A stretch of DNA of 64,000 bases from Erysipelotrichaceae bacterium (GCA_003543215.1 DPJD01000001.1:326188-390187); one strand, 5' to 3'; numbered from the stretch's first letter, positions 15,843-24,818 are shown. The notes: generated by a model not told the origin, from the sequence alone. Numbers and translations: made by a program.

Positions 15843-17714
15843 ATGATCGTTTATTCGGATACAAAGTATAATTTTATGGAAGTTGTCTTGGATGGCCGAA
15901 TTGCAAATATTGTAGAAAAAAGCCTTCAGGATAAACTGAAAATTAGAGTTAGTCCAGCCGAGTTCAGTGCTTTTCAAAACTCGCTTGTTTTTGTGCGAAT
16001 GATGCTAAGTGAAACGAAATTGCATAATGATACGACTGTATCAATAGAATATCGTATTCCAAACACTTCAAAACGAATCGATTTTATAATCAGCGGCAAG
16101 AATGTAGAAGATAAACCTGCAGCAGTAATATTAGAACTAAAACAATGGTCACATGTTGAATCGATTTCAGGCTCAGATGGTTTGGTGCGGACATTCGTAG
16201 GTGGTAGTAAAAATGTTGTAACGCATCCTTCATATCAAGCATGGTCATATCAAAGTATGATCAGTGATTATAATGAAAATGTATATAAAATCCCGATTGA
16301 ATTATCATCATGTGTTTTTATGCATAACTATGCGCGTGAAGAAGGTAAAGGGATTTTTTCTTATGACTATGACAATTATCTTAGACAATCACCTGTATTT
16401 TCGAAAAATGATATTCGAAAATTGAGCCATTATATTGATGAAAGAATCATCGGACCAGATTACTTAAAAACAATCGAATTAATAGAACACGGTAAGATAA
16501 AACCTTCTAAATCACTGCAAGATTCACTGACTAAGATGCTAGACGGTAATCCTGAATTCATCTTGATTGATGAACAGAAAATTGTCTATGAGCAAGCAAT
16601 TGCGTTAGCTACAAAATCGATGAAAGACCGGAAGAAACGGGTAATGATCATCGAAGGTGGACCAGGTACGGGTAAATCTGTGGTTGCCATTAATCTACTT
16701 GTGCAATTCACCAAGAAATTAGAAATGCATTGCCGATATGTGACAAAGAATTCGGCACCTCGTTCGGTCTATAAGTTTTATCTCAAAAAACACGGAATGA
16801 AAGGGAAGAATATTGATTATCTTTTTACAGGTTCGGGTAGTTTTACAGATGTACCAACTGACTACTATTCATCTTTGATTGTGGATGAAGCTCACAGGTT
16901 GAATGCGAAATCTGGAATGTTTCAAAATTTAGGTGAAAACCAGATAAAAGAGATTATCAATTCAGCCCTCTTATCCGTATTCTTCATCGATCATGATCAA
17001 AAGATTCACATCAATGATATTGGTAGTGTTGATGAAATCAAGAAATGGGCAAAGTACTTAAATGCTGAAGTGTTTGAAAACAAACTTGTTTCGCAATTTA
17101 GGTGCAATGGATCTGAAGGGTACTTGAATTGGTTGGATGACGTACTTGATATAAGAGAAACTGCAAATACAGTTTTTGAATTTGATTATGAGTTCAAGAT
17201 TTTCGATAGTGTACAAGAAATGCGAAAAGCTATCGAAGAGAAGAATCAAGGTAGGAACAAGTCACGTATGTTAGCGGGATATTGTTGGGACTGGATTTCG
17301 AAAAGTAATAGTCAACTCTTCGACATAGAATTCAAGGAAGAGAATTTTAAAATGAGATGGAATCTCAACAGTGAAATTTATGCGATATCGGATTCTTCAA
17401 TTAATGAGATTGGATGCATACATACTTCTCAAGGCCTCGAGTTTGATTATGTCGGTGTCATTATTGGTGAAGACTTAACATTTAGTAATGATTGTGTTGT
17501 TACAGATTTTACAAAGAGAGCAAGCACAGATCAATCACTTAAAGGTATCATTACCTTGAACAAAAAAGATCCAGATAAAGCAGCTGAGATAGCCGATGAA
17601 ATTATAAAGAATACATATCGAACACTGATGACTCGAGGAATGAAAGGTTGTTTTGTGTACTGTGTTGATGAAACACTGAGTGAGTACTTAAAACAGCGAA
17701 TTAAATGGTCATAA
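15843..17714 (+). CDS. DUF2075 / Schlafen-type ATPase: N-terminal PD-(D/E)xK-like nuclease module + SF1 helicase-like P-loop domain
   Basis: RIDFIISG...VILELKQW (D...ExK), Walker A GGPGTGKS, Walker B IVDEAHRL, GYCWDW and HTSQGLEFDYVGVIIG signatures of DUF2075. Starts 9 nt after the MazG stop. Confidence 0.8.
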   Translation: MIVYSDTKYNFMEVVLDGRIANIVEKSLQDKLKIRVSPAEFSAFQNSLVFVRMMLSETKLHNDTTVSIEYRIPNTSKRIDFIISGKNVEDKPAAVILELKQWSHVESISGSDGLVRTFVGGSKNVVTHPSYQAWSYQSMISDYNENVYKIPIELSSCVFMHNYAREEGKGIFSYDYDNYLRQSPVFSKNDIRKLSHYIDERIIGPDYLKTIELIEHGKIKPSKSLQDSLTKMLDGNPEFILIDEQKIVYEQAIALATKSMKDRKKRVMIIEGGPGTGKSVVAINLLVQFTKKLEMHCRYVTKNSAPRSVYKFYLKKHGMKGKNIDYLFTGSGSFTDVPTDYYSSLIVDEAHRLNAKSGMFQNLGENQIKEIINSALLSVFFIDHDQKIHINDIGSVDEIKKWAKYLNAEVFENKLVSQFRCNGSEGYLNWLDDVLDIRETANTVFEFDYEFKIFDSVQEMRKAIEEKNQGRNKSRMLAGYCWDWISKSNSQLFDIEFKEENFKMRWNLNSEIYAISDSSINEIGCIHTSQGLEFDYVGVIIGEDLTFSNDCVVTDFTKRASTDQSLKGIITLNKKDPDKAAEIADEIIKNTYRTLMTRGMKGCFVYCVDETLSEYLKQRIKWS

Positions 17715-17824
17715 AGATAAGTTTAAGAAGAATTACAATAATTATTAATCTAATCTAAATTGCATGTATGGCTTAAAACACTAGACCAATTGAGAAATTA
17801 AAGAGAAAAATAAAAAGGAGTAAC

Positions 17825-19996
17825 ATGGAAAACAATAAGCAATTTGATTGGGTAGATTTCTATAATGGATTCGCAAGAAAACTACTTTTGTACAAGGACA
17901 ATCGATCTGAATTAATTAGATTAATTAAGCTGGTTTTCAGTGACATTAATATGAGTTTACCAACTCTGGAACTAAAAAATGACATCGTTGATATTGATCC
18001 ATTCACTGTTTTTGGATTATTCAATAAGAGCCAATCCATTGATAGTCGGCTTAAATTAATAAAATCTATTACAAACCATTTTGATTTATCAGCCAAAACT
18101 CCTACAAGTTTCGATAGTATCCCCGTTCTAAATAATATGAATGCAACATTCTATTGTTTCATTGATGCAAGATCTGAGCATGATATAGACAACTTATGGC
18201 ATTTTTTTGAAGCAGCCCTTGAATATTCGGATAATCAGAGCTTTGAGAATAACGTAAGATTCTCAAAGTATTTTGATATCGTAGTTAATTTAAAAGGGAA
18301 TGGTAATAGCAAAATTACAATGGGACTCTATTGGATAGCTCCACACATCTATCTTAACTTAGACAGTAGAAATGAATGGTACATTTATAAATCAGGAAAA
18401 ATTCCTCTAAGGGTGGTGAATGATTTACCACAAATTAAACCAAAAATCATGTCATCAACTTATCTTGAAATTGTAGATAAGTTAGCCAACTTTATAAAAA
18501 GTGGTAATACTCAATTTAATGATTTTAGAGATCTTTCTTTTGAAGCTTGGCGATATTCTGAAGAGGTTAATCATGCCGCTAAACAAAATACTGTTAAAAC
18601 ACAACGAGATAAAAAAGGTGAAGCATTAGCTGATGCAGATGTTGATACGATTCATTACTGGATCTATTCTCCTGGAAATGAAGCAGTCAATTGGGATGAG
18701 TATTATTCTAAAGGCATAATGGCAATTGGATGGGGCGAACTCGGAGACTTAAGCCTATTTTCAAACAAAGACGAAATGAAGATTAGAATGAAAGAGGTAA
18801 TAGATAATACCAAAGGCTACAAAAATGCAGCTCATGCGACCTGGCAATTTGCAAATGAGATGAAAATCGGTGATGTAGTTTTCGTTAAGAAAGGGATGTA
18901 CAAATTAGTTGGAAGAGGAGTAGTAAGCTCAGAATATCAGTATGATGATTCCTTTGATGAAGAGTATCGGAATATTCGAAGTGTAAATTGGACAGATAAG
19001 GGAGAGTGGGATCATCCTGGTCTAGCTGTTATGAAGACACTTACGGATATCACTGCATACACTGATTATGTCGAAAAGCTGAATGCTCTTTTCGAGGGCT
19101 CAGGATATGAAGAACTCGAAATTGAAGATATCGTCTATCCACCATACACTAAACAGAAGTTCCTTGATGAAGTATATATTGAAGAAAGCAGTTATGATAA
19201 TTTGGTTCAACTGATTAAAAAGAAGAAAAATGTTGTTTTACAGGGAGCACCAGGTGTTGGAAAGACATACGCTGCAAAGCGCTTAGCCTACTCTATGATG
19301 GGTGTAAAAGACCAAGAACGGATTATGATGGTTCAGTTTCACCAGAGTTATACCTATGAAGATTTTATAGAAGGATTCAGACCATCTGGTACAGGCATGA
19401 ATTTTGAGATAAAGAAAGGTTCCTTTTATAATTTTTGTAAAAAAGCTGCAGAAAATATTGAAGAAGACTATTACTTTATCATTGATGAAATTAATCGTGG
19501 CAATTTGAGTAAGATCTTTGGCGAGCTTTTTGTGCTTATAGAAAATGATAAACGAGGTAATGCACTTCAACTATTATATTCTGATGAGAAGTTCTTTGTT
19601 CCAGACAACGTTTATATCATTGGGATGATGAATACTGCTGACAGAAGTCTTGCAATGCTTGATTATGCACTTAGAAGACGCTTTGCATTCTTTGATATGA
19701 GTCCAAGTTTCAATTCAGAAGGATTCAAGAGATATCAGAAATCAGTAAACAACGAGAAATTTGATCGTCTTATTGAAAGAGTAATAAAGCTAAACGAAGC
19801 TATCGAAACAGATGATTCGCTTGGATTGGGATTCAAAATTGGTCATAGTTATTTCTGTGATTTAACGAATGTAGATCACCAAGTCTTATCGAATATTGTT
19901 GAATTTGAACTTATCCCTCTATTGAATGAATACTGGTATGATGAACCGCAGAAATTGAAAGATTGGAGCAGTCATTTGAGGAGTGCTATTAAGTGA
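17825..19996 (+). CDS. mcrB: McrB-family AAA+ GTPase with a roughly 450-aa N-terminal extension
   Basis: Walker A LQGAPGVGKTY, McrB signature FIIDEINRGNLSKIFGELF and MMNTADRSLAMLDYALRRRF. The middle region IMAIGWGELGDL...IGDVVFVKKG...GRGVV looks like an EVE/PUA-type fold. Confidence 0.85.
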   Translation: MENNKQFDWVDFYNGFARKLLLYKDNRSELIRLIKLVFSDINMSLPTLELKNDIVDIDPFTVFGLFNKSQSIDSRLKLIKSITNHFDLSAKTPTSFDSIPVLNNMNATFYCFIDARSEHDIDNLWHFFEAALEYSDNQSFENNVRFSKYFDIVVNLKGNGNSKITMGLYWIAPHIYLNLDSRNEWYIYKSGKIPLRVVNDLPQIKPKIMSSTYLEIVDKLANFIKSGNTQFNDFRDLSFEAWRYSEEVNHAAKQNTVKTQRDKKGEALADADVDTIHYWIYSPGNEAVNWDEYYSKGIMAIGWGELGDLSLFSNKDEMKIRMKEVIDNTKGYKNAAHATWQFANEMKIGDVVFVKKGMYKLVGRGVVSSEYQYDDSFDEEYRNIRSVNWTDKGEWDHPGLAVMKTLTDITAYTDYVEKLNALFEGSGYEELEIEDIVYPPYTKQKFLDEVYIEESSYDNLVQLIKKKKNVVLQGAPGVGKTYAAKRLAYSMMGVKDQERIMMVQFHQSYTYEDFIEGFRPSGTGMNFEIKKGSFYNFCKKAAENIEEDYYFIIDEINRGNLSKIFGELFVLIENDKRGNALQLLYSDEKFFVPDNVYIIGMMNTADRSLAMLDYALRRRFAFFDMSPSFNSEGFKRYQKSVNNEKFDRLIERVIKLNEAIETDDSLGLGFKIGHSYFCDLTNVDHQVLSNIVEFELIPLLNEYWYDEPQKLKDWSSHLRSAIK

Positions 19997-21033
19997 TTCC
20001 TGTTAAGAATATTTACTACATGTTGTCTTATGCTTTTCGCGCATTAAATAGCCAAGGGTATAAAGACATTTCTACTGAACAATTTAATAATGTGGCTGAA
20101 CTCTGTTCTAAGATTTTAACCATTGGGGTCAGTAGTCAGATAAAACAAGGTCTTGGCCGCAAGTACATCTCTGAGACCGAGGCTTTAACATCTCTAAAGG
20201 GGAGGATAAATATAACAGATTCAATCAAGAGTCAGACATTAATAAGAAGACAATTGGTTTGTACATTTGATGACTTCTCTGTAAATATACATGAGAACCA
20301 AATTATTAAAGCAACGATTGAATTATTACTAAAATCCAATATCTCAAAAGAACGTAAAATTGAATTAAGAAAGTTGTTAGTTTTTCTTAGTGATGTAGAA
20401 TCTATTGATATTCATTCAATTAATTGGAAATTACAGTATAATCGAACGAACCAAAACTATAGAATGATAGTTTCAATCTGCTACCTCATTTTGAAAGGCC
20501 TTTTACATACAAATAGTGATGGATCAACAAGATTAATGGATTTTTTGGATGAACAGCGAATGTCTAGGTTGTATGAGAAATTCATTCTTGAGTATTATAA
20601 AAAAGAGTTCCCTCAGCTTTCAGTGAGATCCTCTCAAATACAATGGATGTTAGATGATGAGAACAGTTTAATGTTGCCAGTGATGCAATCAGATATCATA
20701 TTGTCAAATAAAGATAATTATTTGATAATCGATGCCAAATATTATTCAAGTGTTACTCAATTGAGATTCGATACACAAACACTACATTCGGCGAACCTCT
20801 ATCAAATATTTACATATGTGAAAAATAAAGAGGTAGAATTACAAAGCAAACCGCATAAAGTTTCTGGTTTGTTGTTGTATGCGAAAACTGATGAAGGTAT
20901 TTCGCTAAATAATTCCTACATGATGAGCGGCAATAGAATAAGTGTCCAGACTCTGGATTTGGATTGCAGCTTTGAACAGATTACTGCGCAACTTGATGCT
21001 ATTGCATTTGATAGTTTTAGAGATCTTACCTAA
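19993..21033 (+). CDS. mcrC: McrC-family endonuclease subunit
   Basis: GTG start overlaps the mcrB TGA (GTGA). PD-(D/E)xK motif DIILSN...LIIDAKYY. 346 aa, typical of McrC. Confidence 0.8.
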   Translation: MIPVKNIYYMLSYAFRALNSQGYKDISTEQFNNVAELCSKILTIGVSSQIKQGLGRKYISETEALTSLKGRINITDSIKSQTLIRRQLVCTFDDFSVNIHENQIIKATIELLLKSNISKERKIELRKLLVFLSDVESIDIHSINWKLQYNRTNQNYRMIVSICYLILKGLLHTNSDGSTRLMDFLDEQRMSRLYEKFILEYYKKEFPQLSVRSSQIQWMLDDENSLMLPVMQSDIILSNKDNYLIIDAKYYSSVTQLRFDTQTLHSANLYQIFTYVKNKEVELQSKPHKVSGLLLYAKTDEGISLNNSYMMSGNRISVQTLDLDCSFEQITAQLDAIAFDSFRDLT

Positions 21034-21094
21034 ATTCTTTCTGCCTGATGAAGAAGAAATGTAAATCGGGATGAAATTGAGGAGGTGGCTTAAT

Positions 21095-21772
21095 ATGATG
21101 ATTAGCCCAGAAAGTTATTATGAAGAATATCTCAGTGGAAGAACTAAAGAACAGATTATGAGCGCTATTCGTGGTCTTAAGCAAGAAATTGGGCGTCTTA
21201 AAAATTCAATGGAAAACCCAAACTTTAGCCAAGTAGAAGTTATGCATCCTAGTGAATATACACGCCTTGACTTGACACGAGAGTATTTGAAAAGAGCCAA
21301 ACAAGCATATGCTGAAGCTGGAGGAACGTATGCTTTATCAAAATCAGAAAAAAGATCTGCTGATTTTAATTCAAATATAGATTTCATATGTAAGATCAAT
21401 TTCAGCATTGGTGGATTCTTTGGTGGTTACCGTAAATATACTATAGAACTAACAGATGAGTTAAAAGTTCATGCAAAAATATGGGATCTTGAAGAACCAC
21501 TATACTTGTTCGATGAAGAAGGTGAATTTATAACAAAGGAAAATTTTATTGCTTTACTGTCTACCATCCATTTAGAGGAATGGCGAAGAAATTATACGAC
21601 TCAACGTTTCGGATATGAGGTATTCGATGGTACCCAATGGGAACTGGAAGTTAAGTACAATAATGGTCGTAAACCAGTTAGGTTTTCTGGTAGTAACGCA
21701 TATCCGTATAATTTCGAGAGATTTAAAGCATTATTGGAGATTGAAGATGCAATAGATGCCGAAAATGCATAG
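21095..21772 (+). CDS. Hypothetical protein (226 aa), no recognisable motifs
   Basis: ATG 21095 preceded by GAGGAGG. Coding-like composition, same strand, 61 nt after mcrC. Confidence 0.5.
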   Translation: MMISPESYYEEYLSGRTKEQIMSAIRGLKQEIGRLKNSMENPNFSQVEVMHPSEYTRLDLTREYLKRAKQAYAEAGGTYALSKSEKRSADFNSNIDFICKINFSIGGFFGGYRKYTIELTDELKVHAKIWDLEEPLYLFDEEGEFITKENFIALLSTIHLEEWRRNYTTQRFGYEVFDGTQWELEVKYNNGRKPVRFSGSNAYPYNFERFKALLEIEDAIDAENA

Positions 21773-21964
21773 ATTTAGAAGATTTGATTTTTAATTTTCT
21801 CGATAGCACTTATTTCAATGGAGTAAACGATTGCTTTTATCCATCAGTGTATTGGTAAAATATCCACGAATTTTCTGATCAGAAATTCTACTGAAATCTG
21901 TTCATTTACATTTAGATAGCTTTTAAACTGTATGCTAATTAACCAAAACATAGAGAGGACTTTC

Positions 21965-22930
21965 ATGCCCCTAGCCATCATTCGTCAAGATATCACCACA
22001 ATGCATGTCGATGTCATCGTCAATGCCGCAAATACACAACTTAGAAAAGGTGGTGGAGTTTGTGGTGCGATCTTCAATGCGGCAGGTGCAGAGAACCTAC
22101 AAACCGCATGTGATGTCTATGCGCCAATAAAAGTTGGAGGTGCTGTTTTAACTTCTGGCTTCAAACTTCCAGCACGATATATTATTCATACAGTTGGACC
22201 TGTCTACAAAGATGGGAAATCGAATGAAGAAAAATTGCTGTCGAATGCTTACTGGAATAGTTTAGAGCTTGCGATAAAACATGAATGTACCAGCATCGCA
22301 TTTCCACTAATCTCAAGTGGTATCTATGGGTATCCTAAAGATGAAGCACTTCATGTTGCGATGTCGACAATCCGGAGCTTCCTTGAATCGCATGAACTGA
22401 TGGTCTATCTCGTCTTGTTTGACAAAGCAAGCTTCAAGATCAGTCAAGAACGTTTAGGTGATATTCAAAGCTATATTGATGAAAACTATGTAGAGACCCA
22501 TACTTTTGGTAGAGGTCGCTTCAATGAACCCGATCTTGTTCAGTATAAACAAGCATCCGTCAAAGACATCCAAGACTGGGTTAAACTGGTCGACCAATCC
22601 TTTTCCGAAACACTCTTGTATTGGATCGATGTCAAAGGGATGAAGGATGTGGAAGTCTATAAACGTGCCAACATGGATCGTAAATTATTCTCAAAGATAC
22701 GATCCAACAAAGATTATATTCCCAATAAACGAAATGTTTTGGCTTTGTGCATCGCAATGAGACTAGACATTAAAGAAACAGAAGCCTTATTAGAGTGTGC
22801 AGGTTATGCACTTTCTTCCAGTCAACTCTTTGATGTGATCATACGCTATTACATTGAAAACAAGATCTATGACATTGATGAGATCAATACGGTGTTATTC
22901 CAGTATGATCTGGCATTGTTGGGTGTTTAA
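21965..22930 (+). CDS. Macro domain (ADP-ribose/O-acetyl-ADP-ribose hydrolase, MacroD-like) fused to a roughly 150-aa C-terminal helical, possibly HTH, domain
   Basis: VDVIVNAANTQLRKGGGVCGAIFNAAG ... IIHTVGPVY ... IAFPLISSGIYGYP are canonical MacroD motifs. The C-terminal half is unrelated to macro. Confidence 0.85.
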   Translation: MPLAIIRQDITTMHVDVIVNAANTQLRKGGGVCGAIFNAAGAENLQTACDVYAPIKVGGAVLTSGFKLPARYIIHTVGPVYKDGKSNEEKLLSNAYWNSLELAIKHECTSIAFPLISSGIYGYPKDEALHVAMSTIRSFLESHELMVYLVLFDKASFKISQERLGDIQSYIDENYVETHTFGRGRFNEPDLVQYKQASVKDIQDWVKLVDQSFSETLLYWIDVKGMKDVEVYKRANMDRKLFSKIRSNKDYIPNKRNVLALCIAMRLDIKETEALLECAGYALSSSQLFDVIIRYYIENKIYDIDEINTVLFQYDLALLGV

Positions 22931-22950
22931 CACTTTATATCGTCAAATGA

Positions 22951-22975
22951 AAAGGGGTCTTGTGAGATCCCTTTT
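22951..22975. terminator. Bidirectional intrinsic terminator (right edge of island)
   Basis: AAAGGGGTCT-tgtg-AGATCCCCTTT with A-run and T-run on the two sides, between convergent genes. Confidence 0.7.
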
Positions 22976-22978
22976 ACT

Positions 22979-23974
22979 TTAGATTACGTTTTCTTCTAAA
23001 ATTAGTTCTTGCTTATCTGAATCTAATGTAGCCAATACCCCAATCGGTAATGTAAGCATCGGATGCGTATGTGCACAATCAAACTCTGCGAGAATTGGAA
23101 TTTTTGGCTCACCAATGACTTCCAATAACAACTCATAGGGTCTACGACCTGTACCCATGTCTTTGAAGAGTTCATGCTTACCTAAGATCAATCCTCCAAT
23201 ACGATCAAACACGTTATTGACCTTGAGATGTGCAAAGTTGCGTTCCAATGTTGCGATATCTTTTAAGGAATCTTCAATGAGTAGGATATCACCTTGCTTG
23301 ATTTCAGGCATGTATTCAGAACCCCAGATACCACCCATGGTATTGAGATTACCACCGATGAGACGACCGGTATGACGACCTGGATGTACGGTGATCAATT
23401 GATTTGTTTGAGGGTGTTTGCTTCTGTCTTGGAGCGACCAATCGATGTATTCCTCTGTCCACTCTTTTGGGGTAGGAAGAAGATAAGGATATTTCATTTG
23501 ACCGGATACTATCGCTTCAAAGCTTGCGAAAGTCTCGTCCACATACGGAGGCAACTCTCCGAATGATGCGACCAAGGCAGGACCATAATAGGTCACTAAA
23601 CCTGTTTTCGCATAGATCCCTAAGAGGAGTGCCGTCACATCTGAATACCCTACAAAGATCTTCGGATCTTTTTTGATGGCTTCATAATCCAAATAGGGAA
23701 GCAATGAATTCGAGTTCATTCCTCCGATCATCGACATGATGCATCGTACTTCAGGATCACGAATCAATGCATTCAACTCATCCACACGCTCTTGAATGGA
23801 ACCAGAGCGATAGAAATCACGGTGTCCCGTTAGGGAGCCTTCCTTGATGATATAACCCTTGTCTGATAAATAAGCCTTTGCTCGCTCAAAACGTATTTTG
23901 GCAAAAGCGCTAGCGGGTGAAGAAGGGGAGTAAACAGCGATGATATCGCCTTTACGTAAAGGTTTTGCGAACAT
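22979..23974 (-). CDS. LD-carboxypeptidase, S66 family (MccF-like)
   Basis: GDIIAVYSPSSP N-terminus and GYSDVTALL Ser-nucleophile motif; 331 aa. Confidence 0.85.
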   Translation of the reverse strand: MFAKPLRKGDIIAVYSPSSPASAFAKIRFERAKAYLSDKGYIIKEGSLTGHRDFYRSGSIQERVDELNALIRDPEVRCIMSMIGGMNSNSLLPYLDYEAIKKDPKIFVGYSDVTALLLGIYAKTGLVTYYGPALVASFGELPPYVDETFASFEAIVSGQMKYPYLLPTPKEWTEEYIDWSLQDRSKHPQTNQLITVHPGRHTGRLIGGNLNTMGGIWGSEYMPEIKQGDILLIEDSLKDIATLERNFAHLKVNNVFDRIGGLILGKHELFKDMGTGRRPYELLLEVIGEPKIPILAEFDCAHTHPMLTLPIGVLATLDSDKQELILEENVI

Positions 23975-24094
23975 AGAAGTCTCCTGATCTATCTTCCATT
24001 ATACAAGAAAAGCGACTTTATTAAATGTCGCTTCACAAGCGACCTCTCAATTGTTCCCAGCGCTTAAACTAAGGGCATAAAGGAGCAATACATT

Positions 24095-24739
24095 ATGAAA
24101 AACAACGCAACAGAATTGGTCTACATCTTAGATCGCAGTGGATCCATGGCAGGTTTGGAAAAAGATACGATTGGTGGTTTTAACGCCATGCTTAAGAAAC
24201 AAAAAGAAGTCGAAGGCGAATGCCGTATCACCACCGTCCTCTTTGACAATCAAATGAACATCCTCCATGATCGTTTAGACATCCAAGCCATTGGAAGTTT
24301 AACTGAAAAAGATTACCATGTCGGAGGTTCTACCGCACTCTTGGATGCGATCGGTTCTACCATAAACAAAATCGGCAATGTCCAAAAGCACAGCGCTTAT
24401 GACCACCGTGCCTCCAAAGTCCTCTTTGTCATCATCACCGATGGTGAAGAGAACTCCAGTCGTGAATTCTCATCTGGACGTGTCAAGAAGATGATTGAGC
24501 ATCAGATGAACAAGTATGGCTGGGAATTCATCTTCCTTGGCGCAAACATCGATGCGGTAGAAACCTCAAAGATGTATGGTATACGGCCTGATCGTACCCA
24601 GAACTATCATGCGGACGCAAAGGGAGTCAACTTGAACTTCGATGTCATGAGCAAGACCGTCGCAAACTTCCGTATGAATGCCAGTATTGATAAGGATTGG
24701 AAGGATCAGATCGAGAAGGATTTTGAAGAACGTAAGTAA
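24095..24739 (+). CDS. Stand-alone cytoplasmic von Willebrand factor A (vWA) domain protein
   Basis: MIDAS residues DRSGSM, GGST, ITDGEEN; no signal peptide. Confidence 0.8.
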   Translation: MKNNATELVYILDRSGSMAGLEKDTIGGFNAMLKKQKEVEGECRITTVLFDNQMNILHDRLDIQAIGSLTEKDYHVGGSTALLDAIGSTINKIGNVQKHSAYDHRASKVLFVIITDGEENSSREFSSGRVKKMIEHQMNKYGWEFIFLGANIDAVETSKMYGIRPDRTQNYHADAKGVNLNFDVMSKTVANFRMNASIDKDWKDQIEKDFEERK

Positions 24740-24743
24740 GAGG

Positions 24744-24776
24744 GTGTGTCCGATAAAACGGACACACATCTTTTAT
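24744..24776 (+). terminator. Intrinsic terminator after vWA gene
   Basis: GTGTGTCC-gataaaac-GGACACAC followed by ATCTTTTAT. Confidence 0.65.
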
Positions 24777-24818
24777 GTTTTGCATATGAGACTAAACTAT
24801 GTTTAAGGGGGAAGTGTT

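Noticed and set aside
21095-22930. DarT-DarG (ADP-ribosyltransferase toxin plus macro-domain antitoxin) interpretation of the unknown ORF and the macro gene.
   Set aside because: The 226-aa ORF shows none of the DarT/DUF4433 features I can recall (the N-terminal IYHITH-type motif or the catalytic Glu context). It is also separated from the macro gene by about 190 nt containing its own promoter. The idea is kept only as something to test by profile search.
24095-24739. The vWA protein as part of a TerY-P (vWA-phosphatase-kinase) defence system.
   Set aside because: No phosphatase or Ser/Thr kinase gene is adjacent, and the gene has its own terminator.
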